A stretch of DNA of 64,000 nucleotides, taken from contig CAVZLN010000003.1 in assembly GCA_963776245.1 (NCBI GenBank), forward strand, positions 1,056,001 to 1,120,000, given 5' to 3'. The DNA is from Candidatus Eiseniibacteriota bacterium. Lineage in GTDB: Bacteria > Eisenbacteria > RBG-16-71-46. The position numbers and the translations under genes were made by a program. The stretch's first letter is position 1. The number at the start of each line of letters is the position of its first letter. Positions 48,646-57,474 of this stretch are shown in pieces. The notes under the pieces are model-generated. The model had not been told where the DNA came from. It made no database searches and worked only from the letters and a program-made list of their open reading frames with translations.

Positions 48646-51465
48646 GTGATCGGCAGGTGCTTCTCGCACTACCGCGTCCTCCGATTGCTGAGCGAGGGCG
48701 GCATGGGCTCGGTCTACGAGGCCGTGGACCTGACGCTCGAGCGGCGCGTGGCGATCAAGGTGATCCGCCCGCCGGAGCTGGATTCCGGCGACGCGCTGGA
48801 GCTCTTCCTGCGCGAGGCGCGGGCGGTCTCGCGGGTCGAGCACCCGAACGTGGTCGCCATCCACGACGTGCTCGCCGAGGACGGGCTCCACCTGCTGGTG
48901 ATGCAGTACGTGGATGGCGCGCCCCTGCGCGAGCGGCTCCGCGCCGGACCGATGCGGGTGTCCGAGGCGCTGCGGGTGGCCGAGGAGGTGACGCGGGGAC
49001 TGCAGGAGGCCCATCGCCACGGCGTCGTCCATCGCGACGTGAAGCCCGACAACGTCATGATGACGTCGGGCGGGACCTGCAAGGTGCTGGACTTCGGCGT
49101 GGCGCGACTGGTGGATCGCACCACGGTGCGCGATTCGGGCGGGCTGATCGGCACCGTCCCCTACATGTCCCCCGAGCAGGTGCGCGGAGAACGCGTGGAC
49201 GCGCGCTGCGACCTCTACAGCGTCGGCGTGATGATGTACGAGATGCTCGCCGGCCGCCTGCCGTGGACCTCGCGCGAGACCGCGCCGATGCTCTACGAGA
49301 TCCTCGAATCGCCGGTGCCCGCGCTGCGGGATCTGCGGCCCGACCTGCCCGAGGACGTCGAACGCATGGTGGCCCACGCGATGGCGCGCAGCCCGCACGA
49401 GCGCTACCAGTCGGCGGAGGAGCTGCTGCACGACCTCGAGGTCATCCGCGACCGGTACTCCGAAGGCGCCTCGGCGGCGGACGCCCGCCTGCTGGCGCGC
49501 CCGCGCCGCGGGCGGAGGCGGCTCACACTCGTGCTCGGCGCGCTCACGGTGGTCGCGAGCGCCGCCATCCTCTATGTCGCCCTCCGCTCCCGCGCGCAGG
49601 GGCCGGAGCACGCGGGGCCGCGGCTGATGGTCGCCAACTGGGAGCTGTCGGCGCCGGATTCCGGATCGCGGTGGCTGGCGAGCGGCGTGGCGGACTACCT
49701 GATCCGTTCCCTGGCCGAGCGGCAGGACCTGAGGGTCATCAGCCGCGAGACCGCGCGTTCGGCCATCCTCGCCACCGCGCCCGCCGGGGCCGATCCCTCG
49801 ACCGCCGACGTGTCCCGAGCCGCCCGCCGGCTGGAGGCGCGCTATCTGGTGACCGGGACCATCCAGCCGCGGCGCGGCGGCGCCCGCATCCTCTGCGACC
49901 TGGTGAGCGTGCGCGATGGCACCCTGCTGCGCAGCTGGTCGCAGGACGTGGAGGGTGTCGAGGGCGGCTTCTATCCGGCGATGGAGACGTTCTCGGCGGA
50001 GATCGCGCGCCTGGTGGGTTCCGGGCGCCGGCGCGCGCCCGGGGCTCCGCGCACCATCGGCGAGGCGCTCACGCCCTCGATGGCCGCGCTGCGCGCCTAC
50101 CACGAAGCCCTGTTGCGCAGCGAGGCCGGCGACCTGCCGGGCATGCTGGCGGCGCTGCGGGTGGCCACCGCGGCGGACAGCGGGTTCGCCGACGCCCAGC
50201 TGCTGCTGGCGCGCTCCTCGCTCGATCAGGCGGAGCGCCAGCGCGCCCTGGACGCCGCGCGCGCCGCGCGCGGGAGGGCCTCGCCGGTCACCCGCGGGCT
50301 CATCGACGCGCAGGACAAGATGAACCAGGGCCGCTTCGCGGAGGCGGGCCCGATCTACGAGAGCGTGCTGGCGCGCGATCCCGAGAACGTGGTCGCCGGG
50401 GTCGCGCTCGCCCGGCTCTACGGCCAGCAGCGGCGCTTCGCCGACGCCGCGGCAGCCTTCGAGGCCCTGCACGACGTGGACCCGTTCGACTACTCGTACT
50501 ACGGCGAGTGGGCGCTGGCCTATCGCGACATCCAGCGCGACGACCGCGCGCTGGCGATCCTGCAGCAATGGCGCCACGCGCTGCCGGAGGAGCAGGCGCC
50601 GTTGCGCTCGCTCATCCAGATGCGCCAGATCCTCGGCGAGTACGAGCGCGGATTGGTGCTGTGCGACACGCTCGACGGGCTGGCCGCCGGCGCGGCCACC
50701 CGCCAGCGGGCCCAGTTGCTCGCCGACCTCGGTCGCCTGCACGAGGCGCGACGGCTGTTCCAGCGCCTCGAGGTCTCGCCCGACCCCTACGCGGTCGCGA
50801 CCCGCGGTTCTTCGTTCCTGGCCGTGCTCGCCCTCTACCAGCATGACTACGACGGGGGCTTGAGACTGCTCGAACCGGCGCTGCGCGGCGATCCGGGGGC
50901 CTACAACTGGTGGCTGGCGGGCGTGCTCGCGGCGGGCGCCCACCGCGTGCCGCTGGCCCGCGCCTACGCGGATTCCATCGCGGCCACGCTGGCCGGCGCC
51001 GGCGCCGACGAAGCGCACGCGTTCACCGGACATCGCTTCCTCTACCACCTGCGCGCCCGCATCGCGCTGGAGCAGGACAGCGCACGGGTGGCGGTGGGGA
51101 TGATGGAGCGGGCGCTGCGCAACACCGCGCGGAGCGACCGGCCGTTCTTCATCACCGACCTCGGCCGCGCGCTGCTCGCCGCCGGGGACGCGCCGCGCGC
51201 CGCCCGCGAGCTCGAGGGCATGCGGCAGCTCAACCCGCGCTACCCGCCCGGCCTGCTGGAACTGGGCCGCGCCTATCTCCGCCTGGGCCGCCGGCCGGAG
51301 GCGCGCCGGGTGCTCGCCGACCTCCAGCGCATCTGGAGCCGCGCGGACGCCGACTACGTCCTGAATCGTGAGTTGCACGCGCTGTTGCGCTCGAGCGAAA
51401 CGCGCTCGGCGCGCGACGGACACCCCGCCAACGCCACGGCCGGTCTCGCGTGGCGTGGCCGCTGA
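48646..51465 (+). CDS. Hanks-type Ser/Thr protein kinase with TM segment, TolB-N-like domain and TPR repeats
   Basis: EGGMGSVY, VAIK, HRDVKPDN, DFG, GTVPYMSPEQ, DLYS.G; TM LVLGALTVVASAAILYV; TPR-rich C-terminus. Confidence 0.92.
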   Translation: MIGRCFSHYRVLRLLSEGGMGSVYEAVDLTLERRVAIKVIRPPELDSGDALELFLREARAVSRVEHPNVVAIHDVLAEDGLHLLVMQYVDGAPLRERLRAGPMRVSEALRVAEEVTRGLQEAHRHGVVHRDVKPDNVMMTSGGTCKVLDFGVARLVDRTTVRDSGGLIGTVPYMSPEQVRGERVDARCDLYSVGVMMYEMLAGRLPWTSRETAPMLYEILESPVPALRDLRPDLPEDVERMVAHAMARSPHERYQSAEELLHDLEVIRDRYSEGASAADARLLARPRRGRRRLTLVLGALTVVASAAILYVALRSRAQGPEHAGPRLMVANWELSAPDSGSRWLASGVADYLIRSLAERQDLRVISRETARSAILATAPAGADPSTADVSRAARRLEARYLVTGTIQPRRGGARILCDLVSVRDGTLLRSWSQDVEGVEGGFYPAMETFSAEIARLVGSGRRRAPGAPRTIGEALTPSMAALRAYHEALLRSEAGDLPGMLAALRVATAADSGFADAQLLLARSSLDQAERQRALDAARAARGRASPVTRGLIDAQDKMNQGRFAEAGPIYESVLARDPENVVAGVALARLYGQQRRFADAAAAFEALHDVDPFDYSYYGEWALAYRDIQRDDRALAILQQWRHALPEEQAPLRSLIQMRQILGEYERGLVLCDTLDGLAAGAATRQRAQLLADLGRLHEARRLFQRLEVSPDPYAVATRGSSFLAVLALYQHDYDGGLRLLEPALRGDPGAYNWWLAGVLAAGAHRVPLARAYADSIAATLAGAGADEAHAFTGHRFLYHLRARIALEQDSARVAVGMMERALRNTARSDRPFFITDLGRALLAAGDAPRAARELEGMRQLNPRYPPGLLELGRAYLRLGRRPEARRVLADLQRIWSRADADYVLNRELHALLRSSETRSARDGHPANATAGLAWRGR

Positions 51466-51476
51466 GGAGGATCTCC

Positions 51477-51827
51477 ATGCCGGTCACGAAGCTCAGGGTC
51501 GCGACGCTGCTGCAGGCCTGCCAGAAGCTCGAATCGTCACTGCGCTTCCGGGGGGAGGTGGCGGGCTCCATCGCGTTCGACCTGAACGAAGGGGTGAACA
51601 CCCAGATCGATCTGCCGTCCGACCTTGCCACCCGCATCGACTTGATCGCGCACAGTCCGATCCCGGATCCCTGCCCGTGCCCGCCGTGGTGCGTGCCGAC
51701 CCGTCTCGGCGTGGCTCAGGGCATCGGCCAGGGCGCGGGCGAATTCGGCGCCGTGTTGGAGGGGCTGCAGGCCTTCATGGAGCAGTTGCCCGACCCGATC
51801 CGGGTCCGGGTGTTCCCGCAGCCGTAG
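51477..51827 (+). CDS. Hypothetical protein (116 aa) with CPCPPWC motif
   Basis: Strong RBS GAGGAGG 11 nt after the kinase stop; in-frame codon usage. Confidence 0.6.
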   Translation: MPVTKLRVATLLQACQKLESSLRFRGEVAGSIAFDLNEGVNTQIDLPSDLATRIDLIAHSPIPDPCPCPPWCVPTRLGVAQGIGQGAGEFGAVLEGLQAFMEQLPDPIRVRVFPQP

Positions 51828-51945
51828 CCCGCCCCGGGTTGGACGCTGGCGGCGGCGCTCGGCTAGGGTGCCCGTCACGAGACGGGTCCGGTCGCCGGCC
51901 GCGCATCCGCGCGCTCGGACCGGGCCCGCAAGCGGGAGAAGCGAG

Positions 51946-52722
51946 ATGACGGAGCCCCGGCGTTTCCTGGACCGCGTGGTGCTGGTGACCGGCGCGACCA
52001 GCGGCATCGGCCGCGCCTGCGCGAAGGCGCTGCTCGGCGAAGGGGCGAAGGTGGTGGCGTGCGGGCGGCGCCGGGAGCGCCTGGCCGAGCTGGAGGCCGC
52101 GGCCCAGTCGGCCGGAGGGGCGCTGCTGGCGCTCGCGGGCGACGTGCGGGAGGAAGCCACCGCGACGGCGTGGCTGGAGGCCGCGCGCGCGCGCTTCGGC
52201 GGGCTCGACGGGCTGGTGAACGCCGCTGGAGTGCTCGGCAACGGCGGCGTGCTCGAGACCGGGAGCGAGGACTGGGACCGGGTGATGGACACCAACCTGC
52301 GCGGGCTCCATCTCATGACCCGCGCGGCCGGGCCCGCGCTGATCGAACGGAAGGGCGCGGTGGTGAACATCTCCTCGGTGGCCGGCCCGCGGCCCTACGC
52401 CGGGTTGATCGCCTACTGCGTCAGCAAGGCCGCAGTGAGCACGTACACGCGCTGCGCGGCGCTCGACTTCGCGCCGCACGGGGTGCGCGTGAACGCGCTC
52501 GAGCCGGGGGTGGTGGTGACCGAGCTGCACACCGTCACGCACGCCGTCGCCGACTACCCCGCGTTCCTCGAGCGCGGCAAGACCACCCACGCGCTCGGGC
52601 GCGTCGGCCGTCCGGAGGAGATCGCGGCGCTGGTGCTCTACCTGCTGAGTGACGAGGCCTCGTGGATCACCGGGGCGTGCGTGCCGATCGACGGCGGTCG
52701 CGCGCTGCTGAGCGCGCGCTGA
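51946..52722 (+). CDS. Short-chain dehydrogenase/reductase (SDR)
   Basis: VTGATSGIG, LVNAAG, VVNISS, YCVSK, VRVNALEPG, DGG. Confidence 0.95.
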   Translation: MTEPRRFLDRVVLVTGATSGIGRACAKALLGEGAKVVACGRRRERLAELEAAAQSAGGALLALAGDVREEATATAWLEAARARFGGLDGLVNAAGVLGNGGVLETGSEDWDRVMDTNLRGLHLMTRAAGPALIERKGAVVNISSVAGPRPYAGLIAYCVSKAAVSTYTRCAALDFAPHGVRVNALEPGVVVTELHTVTHAVADYPAFLERGKTTHALGRVGRPEEIAALVLYLLSDEASWITGACVPIDGGRALLSAR

Positions 52723-53051
52723 TGCGCAGGCCGAAGAGCGGTGGAGACGGATTCGAGTCGGTGCTGGGCTGGCCGGCGTGGGCGCTGGCCCTGCTGGCGC
52801 TCGGCTCGTCGTTCGGCCCGCTGCCGCGCGACTGGACCCGGGTGCTGAACGGGGGGCTGACGCTGTTCGCGCTGCTCGAGGCGGGCGTGGCGATGGCGCG
52901 GGGCCGCCGCGGGGCGTTCGTGGCTTACGCCGCGATCGCCGTGCTGATGAACCCGGTGCGCCCATTCGTGTTCCCAGCCCAGGCGTGGCGCCTGCTGTAC
53001 GCCGGGGCCGGGCTGTGGCTCGCGGGCGACCACCTCCCGGCGCGCCGCTGA
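52722..53051 (+). CDS. Small hypothetical membrane protein (DUF6804-like)
   Basis: Hydrophobic helices; IAVLMNPV.P..F....W. TGATG coupling to the SDR gene. Confidence 0.6.
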   Translation: MRRPKSGGDGFESVLGWPAWALALLALGSSFGPLPRDWTRVLNGGLTLFALLEAGVAMARGRRGAFVAYAAIAVLMNPVRPFVFPAQAWRLLYAGAGLWLAGDHLPARR

Positions 53052-53132
53052 CCGTATCCGAACGCGGCCCGGGCCCGCCTCGCCGGGCCCGGCGGCGTCC
53101 CCCAGAACCCCCTGTTCCCCCCCGGGCGCCCC

Positions 53133-53142
53133 GCCGATAACC
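53133..53142 (+). promoter_or_regulatory. Putative sigma28-type -10 element
   Basis: GCCGATAACC, identical to 9662-9671, just upstream of the ATG at 53151. The -35 element is not canonical. Confidence 0.4.
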
Positions 53143-53150
53143 GTGGCGTC

Positions 53151-53996
53151 ATGCAGGCTCTGGTCCTCCACCCGACAGGGGCGGGCACCGCGCTGGCCGC
53201 GGTCGCGCTCGCCGCCGGCGCGCCGCTGTTCAGCGACGGGCTGCGCGCGCTGCGCCTGCGGCGTGCCTTCCGCGGGCTGCACCCGGTCGCGCTCACCCAC
53301 CGGCGGAACGGGATGACCCACGTCACCGGCCGCGTGGCGCTCGAGAGCCCGCTGTTCTCGCCGCTCTCGGGTCGCCCGTGCGCGGGGTTCCGGCTCGAGG
53401 TCTCGACCGCCGCCCAGCCGCAGCCACGGCGCGTGGACGAGTGGCGCGACTTCCGCATCGAAGAAGGCGGCGCCAGCGCGCGGGTGATGGGGCGGCGGGC
53501 GCGCTGGGACCTGGCGGTCACCGCGGAGCGCGACGCGGTGGCGGGCGCGCCGCTCACCGAGCATGTCCGGGCGCTGCTCGAACGGGTGCCCGAGGCGCGC
53601 TGGCTGCGGGACTCGGGCGCGCCGCTGCGATTGGTCGAGCACGCGCTGTTCGCGGGTGCCTCGTGTCACGTGGTGGGCTTCGCGCGTCATTCGCCGATGC
53701 TCCGGCTCGAGAGCGTGGAGCTGCTCGAGCGCACCGGCACCGACGACGGCGCGATCGGCGGCGCCGGCGGGAGCGTGATCGCGGCGGAGGTGTCGAGCGG
53801 CGAGCCGGACCTGTGGCTGGGCCCCGGCGACCAGCTCGACTTCCTGCTGGTGTCCGACGCGTCCCCGCGTCCCGGGCGCCTGCGCGTCCCGGCGCTGCGT
53901 CTCGGCGGGCTCGGCATCGGCCCCGCGCTGAGCCTGGGCGGCATGCTCTACCTCGCGCACGTCGCGGACTGGCTGCGCGCGCACGGCGGATTCTGA
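53151..53996 (+). CDS. GIDE/BAM-domain membrane protein (divergent paralogue)
   Basis: N- and C-terminal TM helices; V.GRV......SPLSGRPCA, F.IEE, RLVEH.L..G....V.G, F.LVSD. Confidence 0.65.
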   Translation: MQALVLHPTGAGTALAAVALAAGAPLFSDGLRALRLRRAFRGLHPVALTHRRNGMTHVTGRVALESPLFSPLSGRPCAGFRLEVSTAAQPQPRRVDEWRDFRIEEGGASARVMGRRARWDLAVTAERDAVAGAPLTEHVRALLERVPEARWLRDSGAPLRLVEHALFAGASCHVVGFARHSPMLRLESVELLERTGTDDGAIGGAGGSVIAAEVSSGEPDLWLGPGDQLDFLLVSDASPRPGRLRVPALRLGGLGIGPALSLGGMLYLAHVADWLRAHGGF

Positions 53997-53998
53997 CC

Positions 53999-54814
53999 AT
54001 GCCCGCCCGCTTCCCGATCGACACCGCGATGTGGGCCACCTTGGCATTCGGAGCCGGCTTGTACCTGTTCTGGCGCGGCTTCCGCGACCTGCGCCTCAAG
54101 CGCCTGATCGAGAACACGCCCACCTCGCATATCCGCTCCATGGCCATGGGCCTGGTGGAGATCGTGGGGAAGGTCGTGCCGCGCAGCTCGGTGAGCGCGC
54201 CGTTCTCGGGCCGGCCGTGCGCCTACTGGGAGGTCGACATCGCCACGCGCTCCGACCGGCGCGGCGGCTGGAAGGTGGTGCACCGGAATCAGAGCGGAAG
54301 CCCGTTCTACCTGCGCGACACGAGCGGCACGGCGCTGGTGTACCCGCACGGCGCCCAGTGCCACGTGAACTTCGGCGTCAGCGAGGAATGCCTCGGCATC
54401 TCGCTGCCGCCCTGCTACTCGGACTACATGCAGAGCCAGAACCTGGGCCTGTGGCGCTTCGGCACCCTGCGCTTCCGCGAGCGGCTCATCGAGGAGGGCG
54501 ACCAGGTCTACGTGCTCGGGACCGCGGTGCCGCGCGCGCGTGTGCTCGACATCTCGGCGGGCGAGACCATGCAGGCGACCGGCACCGAAGACCTGCGCGC
54601 CACCCGCCTGCGCTCACTCGACCACGAGGTGGTCGCCACGGTGCGCCAGGGCGAGAACGAGCGCACGTTCCTGATCAGCGAGCAGTCCGAGCGCACGCTC
54701 AGCCTGTTCACCGGCTGGAAGGCCACGGCCGAGCTGTGGGGCGGCCCGCTGCTCACGCTCGGCGGGCTGGCGTTCTGGCTGGAGGTCCTGTCGAAGCGCG
54801 GACTGTTCCGTTGA
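53999..54814 (+). CDS. GIDE/BAM-domain membrane protein
   Basis: TM, RLIENTPTS.IRSMAMGLVEI.G, APFSGRPCAYW, PFYLRD.SG, RFRERLI..GD.VYVLG, FLISEQSE, C-terminal TM. Confidence 0.8.
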   Translation: MPARFPIDTAMWATLAFGAGLYLFWRGFRDLRLKRLIENTPTSHIRSMAMGLVEIVGKVVPRSSVSAPFSGRPCAYWEVDIATRSDRRGGWKVVHRNQSGSPFYLRDTSGTALVYPHGAQCHVNFGVSEECLGISLPPCYSDYMQSQNLGLWRFGTLRFRERLIEEGDQVYVLGTAVPRARVLDISAGETMQATGTEDLRATRLRSLDHEVVATVRQGENERTFLISEQSERTLSLFTGWKATAELWGGPLLTLGGLAFWLEVLSKRGLFR

Positions 54815-54866
54815 GATCCCCCGGCCCGTGGTGGCCGGTCGCACACCCCGAAGCGGAGGTTAGGAT

Positions 54867-55448
54867 ATGAGCCATCCCGGCGAACTGCTCGTGATCGTGC
54901 TGATCAGCTTCATCCTGGTCGGCGCCATCGGTTACGCGCTCACCCTCTACAACGGCCTGATCGCGCTCAAGAACGGCATGGCGCGCGCGTGGGCGAACAT
55001 CGACGTGCTGCTCAAGCAGCGTCATGACGAGCTGCCCAAGCTGGTGAAGACGTGCGAAGGCTACATGCAGCACGAGCGCGCGGTGTTCGACAAGCTGAGC
55101 GAGGCCCGCGGCGCCCTGCAGCAGGCGCGGGGCGTGGCCGAGCGCGCGCAGGCCGAGAACCTCATCACCCGCGCGCTGGGCGGCCTCTTCGCCGTGGCCG
55201 AGGCCTACCCCGACCTCAAGGCGAACCAGTCGTTCCTCCAGCTCCAGGGCCGCATCAGCGAGATCGAGAACCAGATCGCCGACCGCCGCGAGTACTACAA
55301 CGACATCGTGACCACCTTCAACACGCGCATCCAGCAGATCCCCGACACCGTGGTCGCCGGCTGGCTCGGGTACCAGGCCGCCGAGCTGTTCAAGGTCGAC
55401 GAGCGGGACCGCGAGGACGTGCAGGTGTCGTTCCAGATGACGGCGTAG
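54867..55448 (+). CDS. lemA: LemA family protein
   Basis: YNGLI.LKN....AWANIDVLLKQR.D..P.LV, AEAYPDLKAN..F..LQ......EN.IA.RRE.YN. RBS GGAGG. Confidence 0.96.
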   Translation: MSHPGELLVIVLISFILVGAIGYALTLYNGLIALKNGMARAWANIDVLLKQRHDELPKLVKTCEGYMQHERAVFDKLSEARGALQQARGVAERAQAENLITRALGGLFAVAEAYPDLKANQSFLQLQGRISEIENQIADRREYYNDIVTTFNTRIQQIPDTVVAGWLGYQAAELFKVDERDREDVQVSFQMTA

Positions 55449-55463
55449 GCTGCCGAGGGCGCC

Positions 55464-55496
55464 GCCCCCGGCTCCTCGAGCCGGGGGCCTTCGCTT
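55464..55496 (+). terminator. Intrinsic terminator after lemA
   Basis: 11-bp stem GCCCCCGGCTC/GAGCCGGGGGC, 3-nt loop, followed by CTTCGCTT. Confidence 0.65.
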
Positions 55497-55533
55497 GCCG
55501 CGCGCGCGCCGCGTGCGTAGGGTACGGCGCGCC

Positions 55534-56604
55534 ATGACTCCCGCCCCACCTCCGGCCGCGCCTCCCGCGCGCGACGCGCTGCGCGTCGCGGTGTTCGGGC
55601 TCGGCCGCGACGGCCTCGCCCAGGCCGCCACGCTCGCCATGCGTCCCGAATGCGAACTGGTCGCGCTCGGCGATCCGCGCCCGCCCGCGGTGCGGCGTGC
55701 GCGCGGGCTCGGGCTCGCCGGGCCCGGCTTCGGCGCGCTCGAGCGCCTGATCGTCGAGGCCTCGCCGCAGGCGCTGGTGCTGGCGGTGCCGCCACGCGAG
55801 CGCGCCGCGGCCGCACGCCTGGCGCTCGAGGCCGGGATCGCCACGCTGGTCGAGTCCCCGCTCGCCGCGACGCTCGAGGAGGCCGAGGCGCTCGTCACCC
55901 TCGCCACCGCGCGCGACGTGGTGTTCGCCGTCGCGCACCGCCTGCCGTTCGAGCCCGCGTTCGCGCGCGCGACCCGCGAGCTGGCGGCGGGAGCGCTCGG
56001 CGCGCTGCGGCTGGCGCGCTCGTCGGTGTATGCCTCGCGGGTGTTCAGCACCCGCGAGGCGCGCGCGGTCGCGGCGCGCTCGCCCGGCGGCGTCCTGGCC
56101 TGCACCGCGCTCGACCTGCTGCTGCTGCTCGACGCGGCGTTCGGCGCCCCGGTGAGCGTGCGCGCCACCACCAGCCGGCTCTACGGCGGCCTCGAGGACG
56201 AGGCGCACGCCATGATGACGCTGCCGAGCGGCGCCGAGGTCGGCCTCGACGCGTCGTGGAGCGTTCCGGGCTACCCCGCGCCGGCGGTCGTGCTGGAGGC
56301 CGAGGGCGCGAACGGCGTGATGCTGGTCTCGGACGACGCCTACGAGGTCGAACTGGCCGCCGCGCGCGCGGACTTCCCCGCCGGTCACCGGCGGCTGCGC
56401 GATGCCGAGCTGGCGCAGCACGCGCGCTTCGATCTGGACGGCGAGTCGCGGGACCCGATGGTGGCGGGGTTCCTCGGCTGGGCGCTCGGGGGCGAGTCGC
56501 CCCCGCACGCGGCGGCCGCCTCGCTGCGCGCGCAGCGCACGCTCGAGGCGCTCTACGCCTCGGCGCGCCGCGGCGGCACCGAAGTGCGCGTGGGGGCCCG
56601 GTGA
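55534..56604 (+). CDS. Gfo/Idh/MocA-family oxidoreductase-like protein (degenerate motifs)
   Basis: LRVAVFGLGRDG Rossmann motif, AL.AG...LVESPLA.TL.EA, GG.L, EDEAH, SWS. Confidence 0.8.
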   Translation: MTPAPPPAAPPARDALRVAVFGLGRDGLAQAATLAMRPECELVALGDPRPPAVRRARGLGLAGPGFGALERLIVEASPQALVLAVPPRERAAAARLALEAGIATLVESPLAATLEEAEALVTLATARDVVFAVAHRLPFEPAFARATRELAAGALGALRLARSSVYASRVFSTREARAVAARSPGGVLACTALDLLLLLDAAFGAPVSVRATTSRLYGGLEDEAHAMMTLPSGAEVGLDASWSVPGYPAPAVVLEAEGANGVMLVSDDAYEVELAAARADFPAGHRRLRDAELAQHARFDLDGESRDPMVAGFLGWALGGESPPHAAAASLRAQRTLEALYASARRGGTEVRVGAR

Positions 56605-57467
56605 CGCGCGCCTTCGAGCCCCCCCGCCTGCTGCTCGGCGCACTCTCGTTCACCCGCCCGCCGCGCGTCGCGCGCGATCGCGAGCTCGAGGTGAGCGCCC
56701 GCTATCGCGAGCCCGAGTCGCTGGCGGTGACGTTCTCGAAGGCGCTCGACGCCGGCGCCGACGCCGTGCTCGCGACGCCCACGCCGGCGCTGCGGGCGGC
56801 GCTCGCCGAACTGCGGCGCACGGTCCCGGTGGTGGCGGTGTGGCCGTCGCGCGGACCGCTCGACGATGCCGACGACGACCCGCCCGATCCCCCGCGCAAC
56901 GCGCGAGGCCCGGGCGCCATGGCGCGCGTGCGCCGCGGCATCACCGGACTGGTGCGCCTGCCGGAGCGATTGCGCGACGATCTGGTGGCCACCGTGCCGA
57001 TGCGGCTCGAAGTGGACGCCGGTGCGCTGCCGCGGCGCGCGTTGCGGGGCGTGGCGATCGCCGGGCCGGTCACCGATCTGGCGCTCGCCGCGGGGCACGC
57101 GCGATTCTTCGAGCGCATGGTGGCGTTCACGCACACGCGGTTCGGCGTGGCGGCGGGGTTCGAGACCCACAACCTCGGCCACCTGCTGGCCGCGCTGCGG
57201 GCGTGGGGCGTGCGCCCGGACTTCGTGGTGGGACCGGTGAACCCGTGCGGGCGCATGATGAAGCCCGATCGGGACACCGTGCTCGACGAGCTGGCGCGCC
57301 GCGAGGTGCCGGTGCTGGCGCGGGAGCTGCGCGCCGGCGGGCTGGTGACGCTCGAGGCGGGCGCGCGGTTCGCGCTCGAGCACGGAGCGGCGGGGCTGGC
57401 CCCCGACCTGGTGGACCTCGACGACGTGGCGAGCGAGCTGCGCGGGCTGATGCCCGCGCGCGCATGA
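56601..57467 (+). CDS. Hypothetical protein (possible TIM-barrel/aldo-keto-like)
   Basis: GTGA-coupled to the Gfo gene; GFETHNL, PVNP.G..M.P motifs. Confidence 0.6.
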   Translation: MTRAFEPPRLLLGALSFTRPPRVARDRELEVSARYREPESLAVTFSKALDAGADAVLATPTPALRAALAELRRTVPVVAVWPSRGPLDDADDDPPDPPRNARGPGAMARVRRGITGLVRLPERLRDDLVATVPMRLEVDAGALPRRALRGVAIAGPVTDLALAAGHARFFERMVAFTHTRFGVAAGFETHNLGHLLAALRAWGVRPDFVVGPVNPCGRMMKPDRDTVLDELARREVPVLARELRAGGLVTLEAGARFALEHGAAGLAPDLVDLDDVASELRGLMPARA

Positions 57468-57474
57468 AACGCGC

